Assembly: GCA_947481365.1 (NCBI GenBank)
Contig: CANKGI010000002.1
Location: 1 to 40,321 of the forward strand
From: Bacteroidota bacterium
GTDB taxonomy: Bacteria > Bacteroidota > Bacteroidia > UKL13-3
Length of the DNA: 40,321 nt
Direction of reading: 5' to 3'
Shown here: positions 28,225-37,463 of the stretch, in pieces
Position numbering within the stretch: position 1 is the first letter of the stretch
Layout of the letters: the number at the start of each line of letters is the position of its first letter
Notes under the pieces: generated by a model
Told to the model about the DNA's origin: nothing
Seen by the model: only the letters and a program-made list of their open reading frames with translations
Databases searched by the model: none
Made by a program: the position numbers and the translations under genes

Positions 28225-28443
28225 ATGTCGAAACAGTCGTTGATTAAACAAGATGGAGTAATAATTGAAGCATTGTCAAATGCAATGTTTCGAGTTCAGC
28301 TTGAAAATGGTCACGAAATTATTGCACATATTTCAGGTAAAATGAGGATGAATTATATTAAGATTCTTCCTGGAGATAAAATTTCTGTTGAAATGTCTCC
28401 ATATGATTTAACAAAAGGTAGAATAATATATAGATACAAATAA
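28225..28443 (+). CDS. infA: translation initiation factor IF-1
   Basis: ...[53 protein letters not shown]. Confidence 0.98.
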   Translation: MSKQSLIKQDGVIIEALSNAMFRVQLENGHEIIAHISGKMRMNYIKILPGDKISVEMSPYDLTKGRIIYRYK

Positions 28444-28444
28444 G

Positions 28445-28561
28445 ATGAAAGTTAGAGCATCTGTAAAAAAACGCAGTGAAGACTGTGTGATTGTTAAGCG
28501 TAAAGGTAGAATTTACGTAGTAAACAAAAAGAATCCAAAATTTAAACAACGTCAAGGATAA
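28445..28561 (+). CDS. rpmJ: 50S ribosomal protein L36 (absent from the ORF track; single-Cys form)
   Basis: Hand translation gives [38 protein letters not shown] (38 aa). Confidence 0.93.
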   Translation: MKVRASVKKRSEDCVIVKRKGRIYVVNKKNPKFKQRQG

Positions 28562-28570
28562 AAAAGAACT

Positions 28571-28948
28571 ATGGCTCGTATATCAGGTATTGATTTGCCA
28601 AAAAATAAAAGAGGTGTAATAGGATTAACCTATATTTTTGGTATTGGACGTTCAGTTGCCGCAAAAATTCTTACAGAATGCGGAATTGATCATAACAAAA
28701 AAGTAAGTGAATGGGATGATGAGGAGTTGAATAAAATCAGAAAGATGATTACTGATTCTATTCTTGTTGAGGGAGAACTACGTTCAGAAAAACAATTAAA
28801 TATTAAGCGTTTGCTTGATATCGGATGTTATCGTGGTTTACGTCACAGAAAAGGTTTGCCGGTTCGTGGACAAAGAACCAAAACCAATTCTCGTACACGT
28901 AAAGGAAAACGTAAGACAGTTGCAGGTAAGAAAAAAGTAACCAAATAA
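28571..28948 (+). CDS. rpsM: 30S ribosomal protein S13
   Basis: [14 protein letters not shown]...[18 protein letters not shown]. Confidence 0.98.
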   Translation: MARISGIDLPKNKRGVIGLTYIFGIGRSVAAKILTECGIDHNKKVSEWDDEELNKIRKMITDSILVEGELRSEKQLNIKRLLDIGCYRGLRHRKGLPVRGQRTKTNSRTRKGKRKTVAGKKKVTK

Positions 28949-28970
28949 TCACAGCTAATTTTAGAAAATA

Positions 28971-29369
28971 ATGGCTACAACACCAGGTACAAAAAAAACG
29001 AATAAGAAAAAAACGGTAGCAATCGATGCTGTTGGAGAAGTTCATATTAAAGCGAGTTTTAACAACATCATTATTTCTATAACTAATTCGTCTGGACAAG
29101 TTATATCATGGGCTTCTGCAGGTAAAATGGGATTCAGAGGTTCAAAGAAAAATACACCATATGCAGCGCAATTGGCAGCATCTGATTGTGCTAAAGTTGC
29201 AGTTGACTTAGGCGTAAAAAAAGTAGATGTGTACGTTAAAGGACCAGGTTCAGGACGCGATGCATGTATCAGAACATTATCTGCTGCAGGACTTGATGTA
29301 TTATCTATTAAAGACATCACTCCTATGCCACATAATGGATGTCGCCCACCTAAGAAAAGAAGAGTTTAA
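28971..29369 (+). CDS. rpsK: 30S ribosomal protein S11
   Basis: ...[27 protein letters not shown]...[16 protein letters not shown]. Confidence 0.98.
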   Translation: MATTPGTKKTNKKKTVAIDAVGEVHIKASFNNIIISITNSSGQVISWASAGKMGFRGSKKNTPYAAQLAASDCAKVAVDLGVKKVDVYVKGPGSGRDACIRTLSAAGLDVLSIKDITPMPHNGCRPPKKRRV

Positions 29370-29394
29370 TAATTACGATTAGTAAAGAAATACA

Positions 29395-30003
29395 ATGGCA
29401 AGATATATAGGACCAAAAACTAAAATTTCAAGACGATTTAGAGAACCATTATTCGGTCCCGATAAATCATTTGAAAAAAGAAGTTACCCTCCTGGACAAC
29501 ATGGACAGGCACGTAAAAGAGGTAAATTAACTGAATACGCAATTCAGTTATTCGAAAAGCAAAAAGCTAAGTTTACTTATGGCGTTTTAGAGCGTCAGTT
29601 TTATAAAACTTTTGAAGAAGCAGCTCGCAGAAAAGGTATTACCGGTGAAAACTTATTAAAGTTTTTAGAAGCTCGTTTAGACAATACCGTATTTCGTATG
29701 GGAATTGCTAAAACAAGAAGCGGTGCTCGTCAGCTTGTTTCTCACCGTCATATCACAGTTAACGGAAAAGTAGTAAGCATTTCTTCTTACTCATTAAAAG
29801 CAGGCGATGTTGTAGGTGTGAGAGAAAAATCGAAAACGGTTGAAGTGATTATTGATGCTTTGGCACAATCAAACAACAAAAAATTTAATTGGATAAACTG
29901 GGATGAAAAAGCGATGAGCGGAACATTCTTAACTTATCCTGAAAGAGATCAGATTCCTGAAAATATTAAGGAACAACTGATTGTCGAATTATATTCTAAA
30001 TAG
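29395..30003 (+). CDS. rpsD: 30S ribosomal protein S4
   Basis: [15 protein letters not shown]...[17 protein letters not shown]. Confidence 0.98.
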   Translation: MARYIGPKTKISRRFREPLFGPDKSFEKRSYPPGQHGQARKRGKLTEYAIQLFEKQKAKFTYGVLERQFYKTFEEAARRKGITGENLLKFLEARLDNTVFRMGIAKTRSGARQLVSHRHITVNGKVVSISSYSLKAGDVVGVREKSKTVEVIIDALAQSNNKKFNWINWDEKAMSGTFLTYPERDQIPENIKEQLIVELYSK

Positions 30004-30027
30004 TAAACAATTATTTAAATCAAACAT

Positions 30028-31020
30028 ATGTCGATACTTGCTTTTCAGAAACCTGATAAAGTTATCATGCATAAGGAAACTGACTTTTTTGGTCAGTTCG
30101 AATTCCGTCCACTTGAAAAAGGTTACGGAGTTACCATTGGTAACGCGTTAAGAAGAATTCTTCTTTCATCGCTCGAAGGATATGCAATTACATCAATCAA
30201 AATATCTGGAGTTGAGCACGAATTCTCAACCATCAAAGGTGTTATTGAAGATGTGACTGAAATCGTTTTAAACCTCAAACAAGTTCGCTTTAAGCGAGTA
30301 ATGGATGGAGTTGACAACGAAAAAATATTCATCAACATTAAAGGACAAGAACAATTTTTAGCAGGAGAAATCGGTAAACATACGAATGCTTTTAAAATTC
30401 TAAATCCTGATCATGTTATTTGTAACATGGATCCAAAAGTTCAACTCGAAATTGAATTGACAGTTGATAAAGGAAGAGGATATCTTCCAGCTGAGGAAAA
30501 TAAACCAAAAGATGCAGTGATTGGATTGATAGCTATTGATGCCATCTTCACTCCTATCAAAAATGTAAAATACAGTGTTGAAGATTTTCGTGTTGAACAA
30601 AAAACAGATTACGAAAAACTTTCAATCGAAATTTCTACAGATGGTTCAATTCATCCAGAAGATGCATTGAAAGAAGCTGCAAAAATTCTTATCCAACATT
30701 TCATGTTGTTCTCTGATGAGTTGATTACGCTTGATACACAAGTTAAAGAAGCTCCACAAGAAGTTGATGAGAACCTTTTACACATCCGTAAAATACTTAA
30801 AACTCCACTTTCTGATTTAGATCTTTCGGTACGTGCATACAATTGCTTAAAAGCTGCCGATATCAAATCTTTATCTGAATTAGTAAGTTTTGATATTGCT
30901 GATCTTTTAAAATTCAGAAATTTCGGAAAGAAATCACTTTCAGAGCTTGAAGAATTAGTGAGAGATAAAGGTCTAACTTTTGGAATGGAAGTTTCAAAAT
31001 ATAAATTAAACGAAGAATAA
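30028..31020 (+). CDS. rpoA: DNA-directed RNA polymerase subunit alpha
   Basis: 330 aa. ...[20 protein letters not shown].... C-terminal domain [16 protein letters not shown]...[10 protein letters not shown]. Confidence 0.98.
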   Translation: MSILAFQKPDKVIMHKETDFFGQFEFRPLEKGYGVTIGNALRRILLSSLEGYAITSIKISGVEHEFSTIKGVIEDVTEIVLNLKQVRFKRVMDGVDNEKIFINIKGQEQFLAGEIGKHTNAFKILNPDHVICNMDPKVQLEIELTVDKGRGYLPAEENKPKDAVIGLIAIDAIFTPIKNVKYSVEDFRVEQKTDYEKLSIEISTDGSIHPEDALKEAAKILIQHFMLFSDELITLDTQVKEAPQEVDENLLHIRKILKTPLSDLDLSVRAYNCLKAADIKSLSELVSFDIADLLKFRNFGKKSLSELEELVRDKGLTFGMEVSKYKLNEE

Positions 31021-31034
31021 AGATGAGTTAATAT

Positions 31035-31077
31035 GTTATTAGGTTATTGGTTAAAGCAACATGAATAACTTAATAAC
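31035..31077 (+). promoter_or_regulatory. 14-bp hairpin in the rpoA-rplQ spacer
   Basis: gttattaggttatt [15-nt loop] aataacttaataac, with 13 Watson-Crick pairs plus 1 G-U. No U-run follows. Confidence 0.4.
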
Positions 31078-31105
31078 ACAATAACCAAATAACTTAAAAA
31101 AGAAA

Positions 31106-31585
31106 ATGAGACACGGGAAAACAGTTAATCACTTAAGCAGAACTTCTTCGCACAGAAAAGCTTTGTTGTCAAACATGGCATCATCGCTAATCTTGCATAA
31201 AAGAATAACTACAACACTTGCTAAAGCAAAAGCTTTAAGAGTGTATGTTGAGCCACTTATCACTAAATCAAAAGATGATAATACACACTCTCGCAGAACA
31301 GTTTTTAGTTACCTTAAAAATAAAGAATCTGTTAAAGAACTTTTTGGACCAGTTGCCGAAAAAGTAGCTGAAAGACCAGGTGGTTATACCAGAATTCTGA
31401 AATTAATTAACCGTAAAGGCGATAATGCTGAAATGGCAATTATGGAATTGGTAGACTTTAACGAAAACTTGTTGAAAGATGCTTCAGGAAAATCTGAAAC
31501 TAAGAAAACAAGAAGAGGACGCAAACCAGCAGTTGCTAAAACAGAAACTGCTGAAACATCTGCTCCAACAGAAACTAAAGAATAA
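31106..31585 (+). CDS. rplQ: 50S ribosomal protein L17 (with a charged C-terminal extension)
   Basis: [25 protein letters not shown]...GGYTRILKL. Confidence 0.97.
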   Translation: MRHGKTVNHLSRTSSHRKALLSNMASSLILHKRITTTLAKAKALRVYVEPLITKSKDDNTHSRRTVFSYLKNKESVKELFGPVAEKVAERPGGYTRILKLINRKGDNAEMAIMELVDFNENLLKDASGKSETKKTRRGRKPAVAKTETAETSAPTETKE

Positions 31586-31604
31586 ATTTATTTATTTATA
31601 ACTG

Positions 31605-31636
31605 AAAAGGCTGCAAATAATTTGCGGCCTTTTTTT
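31605..31636 (+). terminator. rho-independent terminator ending the ribosomal cluster
   Basis: aaaaggctgcaaa [taa] tttgcggcctttt (one G-U) followed by a T-run. Confidence 0.85.
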
Positions 31637-31746
31637 ATGCAAAAAACCGAAAAATTATATCTTATCATATTAATCAAACAACAATTAAAATAATATTTTT
31701 AACGAACTGATTTATCTCAGAAAATATGTTTAATAAATTATGTAAA

Positions 31747-31767
31747 ATTTGCAAACACAATGCAAAT
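31747..31767. promoter_or_regulatory. perfect 7-N7-7 palindrome ATTTGCA-aacacaa-TGCAAAT upstream of the EF-G paralog
   Basis: Read directly. It ends 46 nt before the ATG at 31813. Confidence 0.35.
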
Positions 31768-31812
31768 ACTATGAAATAAAGTATAGATAATAAAATCCTA
31801 ATTTATTAATAT

Positions 31813-33945
31813 ATGGCTGAACTTGATACCGCCCACGTAAAGAATGTAGTTCTTTTGGGCCACTTAGGTTCCGGCAAAACAACGCTTTCAGAAAGTATGT
31901 TGTTTGAAGCCGGACTCATCAATCGCAGAGGAACAGTAAAAGAAAAAAGTACTGTTTCCGATTATCACGAACTCGAACAAGAAAGAGGAAATTCCGTCTT
32001 TTCAAAATTACTTCACACACAATGGCGCGGGTTTAAAATTAATATTATTGATACGCCCGGATACGATGATTTTGTTGGCGAAGTAGTAGCATCATTACGT
32101 GTTGCCGATACCGGAATTGTTTTGCTAAACAGTTGTTTTGGTGTTGAAGTAGGAACCGAAATTATATGGGAATACACCGAACAATTTAAAACTCCAATCA
32201 TTTTTGCCGTTAATCATCTTGATAACGAAAAAGCCGATTTTGATAAAACTGTTGAGCAGGCAAAATCGCGTTTCGGAAATAAAGTATTGGTTGTTCAATA
32301 TCCGTTAAATCAGGGAGTGAATTTCGACTCGGTGATTGATGTGTTGAAAATGACCATGTACAAATATCCTGCTACAGGAGGTAAACCCGAAAAACTTCCT
32401 ATACCCGATAGTGAAAGAGAAAAAGCCGACAGACTTCATAAAGAACTCATCGAGTCGATTGCTGAGAACGATGAAAAACTGATGGAGAAATATTTTGAAA
32501 CAGGAAATTTAGATGAAGATGAAATGCGCGATGTACTTAAACGTGCAATGATCAATCATGAGTTATTCCCATTGTTCTGTATATCGGCCGAAAAAAATAT
32601 GGGTGCAGGTAGATTGATGGGATTTATTGATAATGTTTGTCCGAGTGCGAATGAAATGCCACCACAAAAAACAGTTAATGGCGAAGTGCTAACATGCGAC
32701 TCTAACGGACCAGTTTGTTTGTTTATATACAAAACCTTATCAGAAGCACATTTGGGTGATATGTCGTTCTTTAAAGTGTATTCGGGAACTGTAAAAGTTG
32801 GAGCCGAACTCATTAATGAAACAATTGGTACAACCGAAAAAATAAATCAGTTGTTTATCATCGAGGGTAAAAAACGAATTCCTGTAAACGAGCTTGTAGC
32901 CGGTGATATTGGTGCTACCATCAAATTAAAACACACTCATACTAACAATACCTTACACGCAAAAGGTAAAAATGTTATTCTCGAACCGATAAAATTCCCA
33001 ATGCCAAATATGCGCATGGCAATTGAATCAACTAAAAAAGGTGAAGAAGAAAAACTTTCGATGGCACTTCATCAATTGCATGAAGAAGACCCAACAATTA
33101 TTGTAGAAGTTTCTCAAGAGTTGAAACAAACATTGATTCATTTCCAAGGCGAATTACATTTAACAGTTATTAAGTGGGAACTCGAACATATTCACAAATT
33201 GAATGTGGCATTTAGCAAACCTCGAATTCCATATCGCGAAACCATTCAAAAACCGGTGCAAGCAAATTACCGACATAAAAAACAATCAGGTGGTGCTGGG
33301 CAGTTTGGCGAAGTCTATTTATTGGTTGAACCTTATTACGAAGGAATGCCTGACCCTAAAGGCATTTCGGTACGTGGACGAGAAGAACATGTATTGCCTT
33401 GGGGAGGAAAATTGGTTTTCTTTAATTGTATTGTTGGTGGTGTAATTGATCAACGTTTTCTTCCTTCTATTTTAAAAGGAATTATGGAAAAAATGCATGA
33501 AGGTCCACTTACAGGTTCGTATGCACGTGATGTGAGAGTAAGTGTTTATGATGGAAAAATGCATGCAGTTGACTCGAATGATATATCATTTAAAATTGCA
33601 GGCATGATGGCTTTTAAACAAGCATTTCATGATGCAAATCCACAAGTTCTCGAACCAATTTACGATTTAGAAATTCTTTGTCCTGATGAAATTACAGGAG
33701 CAGTAATGGGCGATTTACAAACACGAAGAGGTATTATTGAAGGGATGGATACACAAGGACATTATCAAAAAATAAATGCCAAAGTTCCACTTGCCGATAT
33801 GCACGATTACTCTTCTACCCTACGTTCTATTTCGCAAGGAAGAGCTAAATACAAAATGACGTTCAGCGATTATTTACCGATGCCTGCCGAGATGCAGAAA
33901 AAAATAATTGCCGAGTATAAGAGTACTGAAAAAGCTGAGGCATAA
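31813..33945 (+). CDS. elongation factor G paralog (EF-G2 / fusA2-like) with degenerate GTPase motifs
   Basis: 710 aa, five-domain EF-G layout (SGGAGQFG, HAVDSNDISFKIAG). G1 is GHLGSGKTT, switch I is RGNSV, G3 is DTPGYDDF (Tyr84 replaces the catalytic His) and G4 is NHLD. Confidence 0.88.
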   Translation: MAELDTAHVKNVVLLGHLGSGKTTLSESMLFEAGLINRRGTVKEKSTVSDYHELEQERGNSVFSKLLHTQWRGFKINIIDTPGYDDFVGEVVASLRVADTGIVLLNSCFGVEVGTEIIWEYTEQFKTPIIFAVNHLDNEKADFDKTVEQAKSRFGNKVLVVQYPLNQGVNFDSVIDVLKMTMYKYPATGGKPEKLPIPDSEREKADRLHKELIESIAENDEKLMEKYFETGNLDEDEMRDVLKRAMINHELFPLFCISAEKNMGAGRLMGFIDNVCPSANEMPPQKTVNGEVLTCDSNGPVCLFIYKTLSEAHLGDMSFFKVYSGTVKVGAELINETIGTTEKINQLFIIEGKKRIPVNELVAGDIGATIKLKHTHTNNTLHAKGKNVILEPIKFPMPNMRMAIESTKKGEEEKLSMALHQLHEEDPTIIVEVSQELKQTLIHFQGELHLTVIKWELEHIHKLNVAFSKPRIPYRETIQKPVQANYRHKKQSGGAGQFGEVYLLVEPYYEGMPDPKGISVRGREEHVLPWGGKLVFFNCIVGGVIDQRFLPSILKGIMEKMHEGPLTGSYARDVRVSVYDGKMHAVDSNDISFKIAGMMAFKQAFHDANPQVLEPIYDLEILCPDEITGAVMGDLQTRRGIIEGMDTQGHYQKINAKVPLADMHDYSSTLRSISQGRAKYKMTFSDYLPMPAEMQKKIIAEYKSTEKAEA

Positions 33946-33972
33946 CATCATCTTAAAAAATCAAATCATACT

Positions 33973-34006
33973 AAACTGCTGTATTAAAACTACAGCAGTT
34001 TTTTTT
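33973..34006 (+). terminator. rho-independent terminator
   Basis: aaactgctgta [ttaaaac] tacagcagttt running into T8. Confidence 0.85.
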
Positions 34007-34203
34007 GCTATTTAAAAATATAATCAATTGTGCGATGATATAAAAAATTGTAACATTGTCTTCTCATGAAAAGAATATTTAAGAAATTAATTAGAGGGGC
34101 GCTAAAAATTATAATCTTTTTCGAATAAAAATTTGATAGCCATTTTATACTTAAAGATGCACCGATTAGCAAGAAAGTAAGCCATCAAAAATGGCAAAAA
34201 TAT

Positions 34204-34806
34204 TTGTACGAAATTGGCAACAAACCGGGTTTGCGAATTTTAGAGATAGGAAGCCGAGAAGTAACAGGAGAATCAAATGCACGTAAGCAATTTGCTAATG
34301 CAACTTATGTTGGGTTTGATTATTATGCAGGTAACAACGTTGATGTAGTAGGTGATGTTCATAAATTATCTACATACTTTAAAAATGACGAAAAATTTGA
34401 TATCATCTATTCGAGTGCATGCTTCGAGCATTTTGCTATGCCATGGATTGTTTCAACCGAAATTGCTAAACTATTAAAAGTGGGTGGAATTGTTTTTGTT
34501 GAAACACATTTTTCATATTCAATTCACGAACGTCCATGGCACTTTTTTCAGTTCAGTGATATGGCCTTAAAAACATTATTTTCACCTGCATTAGGTTTTG
34601 AATGTATTGAAGCTGGATTATCAAACCCAATGATTGCGAGGTTTTCATCATTGGCTGATGATTATTTAAAAAATATGCCTGTAGCTGGATTATACTGCCA
34701 CAGCGAATATCTTGGCAAAAAAGTAAAAGATGTTCCTGATTTCGACTGGAAAAATATTGATTTAACGGATGTTGTTGGAGACACAAAATATCCCGAACCT
34801 CATTAA
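34204..34806 (+). CDS. class I SAM-dependent methyltransferase. Only a TTG start is available. The upstream in-frame segment is cut off by a TAA, so this may be a pseudogene.
   Basis: Motif I RILEIGS sits just 11 aa into the ORF, followed by VGFD, DVVGDVH and FDIIYSSACFEH. ATG 34066 is in the same frame and reads MKRIFKKLIRGALKIIIFFE, then TAA (34126-34128), then the open frame continues. Confidence 0.6.
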   Translation: MYEIGNKPGLRILEIGSREVTGESNARKQFANATYVGFDYYAGNNVDVVGDVHKLSTYFKNDEKFDIIYSSACFEHFAMPWIVSTEIAKLLKVGGIVFVETHFSYSIHERPWHFFQFSDMALKTLFSPALGFECIEAGLSNPMIARFSSLADDYLKNMPVAGLYCHSEYLGKKVKDVPDFDWKNIDLTDVVGDTKYPEPH

Positions 34807-34812
34807 ATAATT

Positions 34813-35475
34813 TCAGATTTTTATTACAACAGGTTCATTCTTTATAGGATGAACAAAACTCAATTTAACTGCTTCGAGTGATATGCTTTGGTCGGAATTT
34901 GGTTTTGATGCACCATATTTTACATCGCCAATTATGGGGCAGCCAATGGCCGAAAGTTGTGCTCTTATCTGATGTTTTCGTCCGGTTAGTAATTCTATTT
35001 CGAGCAAAGTTCTATTCGATTTTGATTCGATAACATCATAAATAAGTTGAGCCAAATCGGCACCTTTTGTTTCGGTTACAAATGCTTTGGTGAAATTCTT
35101 TTTTTCATCACGTTTTAGCCAATGCGTAATCGTTTCAGATTTCTTAGGAGGATGATGTTCAACCCATGCATGGTATATTTTTTTCACTTCACGCTTTTGG
35201 AAAATTTCATTCATCCGAACAAGCGCTTTTGATGTTTTAGCAAACAATACAATTCCTCTCACAGGCATATCTAATCTGTGTATCACACCCAAAAAAACAG
35301 CACCTGGTTTATTGTATTTTTCTTTGATATAACTTTTTACCTCATCTTCCAAACTCATTGGTTTTCCAGGTTCGGGCTGTACTGTTTGTCCCGATTTTTT
35401 TAAAGCAGCTATCAGATGATTGTCTTCGTATATAATTTGTTGATTCGATGATTCGATGATTTGATGATTATTCAT
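34813..35475 (-). CDS. RluA-family RNA pseudouridine synthase (no S4 domain)
   Basis: 220 aa. Catalytic HRLD block (VIHRLDMPVRGIVLFAKT). TGRKHQIRAQL motif. Confidence 0.85.
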   Translation of the reverse strand: MNNHQIIESSNQQIIYEDNHLIAALKKSGQTVQPEPGKPMSLEDEVKSYIKEKYNKPGAVFLGVIHRLDMPVRGIVLFAKTSKALVRMNEIFQKREVKKIYHAWVEHHPPKKSETITHWLKRDEKKNFTKAFVTETKGADLAQLIYDVIESKSNRTLLEIELLTGRKHQIRAQLSAIGCPIIGDVKYGASKPNSDQSISLEAVKLSFVHPIKNEPVVIKI

Positions 35476-35546
35476 AATTTTAATAATTCGTTTACATATT
35501 AACAGATCTGCACATCATCAAATTAAATCATTATCTAATTATCAAA

Positions 35547-36362
35547 TCAATATTGTTCCTTATCGTTTGGAAAATCATTCGACTTCACATCCTTAATATA
35601 ATGTTCAACGGCACCTTTTATTTCGTCATATAAATTAAGATAACGTCTTAAAAACTTAGGCGAAAAATCTTTGTTAATTCCAAGCATATCATGGCTAACC
35701 AAAACTTGGCCGTCAACATGCGGACCAGCACCGATTCCGATAACAGGAATCTTAATATTTTCGACAACTTGTTTAGCCAATTTAGAAGGTATTTTTTCTA
35801 ACACAATGGCAAAACATCCTGTTTCTTCGAGCAATTTAGCATCCCTCAATAATTTTGCTGCCTCGGCTTCTTCTTTTGCACGAACTTCGTATGTCCCAAA
35901 TTTATAAATGCTTTGTGGAGTTAATCCCAAGTGACCCATCACAGGAATCCCTGCAGTGAGAATACGTTTAATAGAATCAACAACCTCTTCCCCACCCTCT
36001 AATTTTATAGCATGTGCTTCGGCTTCTTTCATAATTCTGATGGATGAAACCAAAGCTTCTTTAGAATTACCCTGATAACTACCAAAAGGAAGATCAACAA
36101 CAATAAGAGCCCTATCAACTGCACGAATAACTGATTTAGCATGCGAAATCATTTCATCCAATGTAATTGGTAAAGTTGTTTCGTGTCCGTGCATCACATT
36201 TGAAGCAGAGTCGCCTACCAGCAAAACATCAATGTTTGCAGCATCAAATATTTTTGCCATACTATAGTCGTATGCTGTTAGCATCGATATCTTCTCGCCC
36301 CTCATTTTCATTTCCTGAAGTACATGTGTTGTAATTCTTTTTTCGTTTTTTGAAATGCCCAT
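35547..36362 (-). CDS. panB: 3-methyl-2-oxobutanoate hydroxymethyltransferase (ketopantoate hydroxymethyltransferase)
   Basis: 271 aa. ...MLTAYDY..A.......DVLLVGDS...V..G...T...T.D.M..H...V...DLPFGSY...KLEGG...GHLGLTPQS. Confidence 0.92.
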   Translation of the reverse strand: MGISKNEKRITTHVLQEMKMRGEKISMLTAYDYSMAKIFDAANIDVLLVGDSASNVMHGHETTLPITLDEMISHAKSVIRAVDRALIVVDLPFGSYQGNSKEALVSSIRIMKEAEAHAIKLEGGEEVVDSIKRILTAGIPVMGHLGLTPQSIYKFGTYEVRAKEEAEAAKLLRDAKLLEETGCFAIVLEKIPSKLAKQVVENIKIPVIGIGAGPHVDGQVLVSHDMLGINKDFSPKFLRRYLNLYDEIKGAVEHYIKDVKSNDFPNDKEQY

Positions 36363-36378
36363 AAATTAATTTGAAAAT

Positions 36379-36386
36379 CAAAGGTA
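36379..36386 (-). promoter_or_regulatory. -7 box TACCTTTG (minus strand) 16 nt upstream of the panB ATG
   Basis: The reverse complement of caaaggta is an exact TAnnTTTG match. Confidence 0.4.
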
Positions 36387-36422
36387 AAATAAAATTGTAT
36401 TTGTATACGCAACCTTTTTAAA

Positions 36423-37463
36423 TTGAGATTGTATTCACTTATATTCGCAGTCTTGAAAGCAGTAAAAAATAGCATCATTCTCTTTTTGGCAATAGTATCA
36501 TTTGGTTGTAACAACGAAATTGATATTAATGCGCCATGGAAAGAAACCCCAGTGGTAAACGCTTTTCTCGATGCCTCATTAAGTACACAATACTTTCGAA
36601 TCACAAAAACCTTTCAAAATGCCAGTAATATGACTCCGCAACAGGCAGCTCAAATTTCTGATTCATTATATTTTGACACGTTGATTGTAACCTTAACAAA
36701 CACTTCAACCAACCAAGTTTATTCTTTTTTTAAAACCACAGGATTGGCTAAGGATCCAGGTTATTTTGCTAATGATAAAAACATACTCTACGCGTGTAAT
36801 ATGACACCCGACCCAAAGAGTAGTTATAAACTCGATATTTTTAGTCCTAAATCAGGAAATCATTATTATTCATTATCGGCTGTAATTGAAGGTGCTGTAA
36901 TTATGCCTGATAATTCTCCGTCAAGTCCATTTAAAATTACTTTTAATTACGACCCAATGTATGGCGGATGGACAAATTATAACTACATTCAATTTACTTG
37001 GAGTTTAGCTAAAAATGCAGCTTTTTATGATGCAATTATCCGATATGCTTATACCGAAAATGGTGTAAAAAAATACCTCGACCAGTATATTGAAGCAAAT
37101 AGAGTTGCTACTGATCAGGAAATCAACAAAAACCGAATTACTTACTATTCAATTCACGATTATAGCTTAAACAAATATTTAGCAACTGTATTTAATGCAA
37201 CTCCATTTACAGGAAGCAGAACAATGGATTCCATCTATTTTGTTGTGGTTGCCGGAAGCAATGATTTAAAAACTGCAGTTGATTATAGTAAACCAAATAC
37301 AAGTTTACTACAGGTAAAACCAACATTCTCAAATATTACGGGTGGTGCTTTGGGAATATTCACTAGTCGCAATTCAAAATCTCTTTATGTTCCCTTCGAC
37401 CCAAAACCAGCATACGACAGTCGAAAGAATTTAACAATCGGTGTAAACGGATTTCCTCAATAG
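36423..37463 (+). CDS. hypothetical lipoprotein. Start is uncertain: TTG at 36423 or TTG at 36453.
   Basis: No in-frame ATG precedes the lipobox. From 36453 the product begins (M)KAVKNSIILFLAIVSFGC, an ideal lipoprotein signal. I recognise no catalytic motifs. Confidence 0.6.
   Translation: MRLYSLIFAVLKAVKNSIILFLAIVSFGCNNEIDINAPWKETPVVNAFLDASLSTQYFRITKTFQNASNMTPQQAAQISDSLYFDTLIVTLTNTSTNQVYSFFKTTGLAKDPGYFANDKNILYACNMTPDPKSSYKLDIFSPKSGNHYYSLSAVIEGAVIMPDNSPSSPFKITFNYDPMYGGWTNYNYIQFTWSLAKNAAFYDAIIRYAYTENGVKKYLDQYIEANRVATDQEINKNRITYYSIHDYSLNKYLATVFNATPFTGSRTMDSIYFVVVAGSNDLKTAVDYSKPNTSLLQVKPTFSNITGGALGIFTSRNSKSLYVPFDPKPAYDSRKNLTIGVNGFPQ
36440..36447 (+). promoter_or_regulatory. -7-like box TATATTCG-CAGTC, inside the 5' end of the track ORF 36423..37463
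   Basis: Same TATATTCGCAG string as the rpsH-upstream module. It sits 5 nt upstream of an in-frame TTG at 36453. Confidence 0.3.

Noticed and set aside
26808-28443. Absence of adk and map between secY and infA, and of tuf after fusA, as a possible deletion or rearrangement
   Set aside because: The order of these genes varies among phyla, and tuf is typically elsewhere in Bacteroidota. No scars or mobile elements are present at the junctions.
28445-28561. L36 lacks the CxxC...CxxxxH zinc ribbon, which could suggest a Zur-regulated alternative paralog
   Set aside because: It sits in the canonical infA-rpmJ-rpsM position. As far as I recall, the single-Cys form is the normal L36 in Bacteroidota, so this is not anomalous.
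31726-31779. 17-codon uORF (MFNKLCKICKHNANTMK) ahead of the EF-G paralog, containing a CxxC
   Set aside because: Short ORFs are expected by chance in an AT-rich spacer, and there are no supporting initiation signals. The palindrome within it is reported separately as a DNA-level feature.
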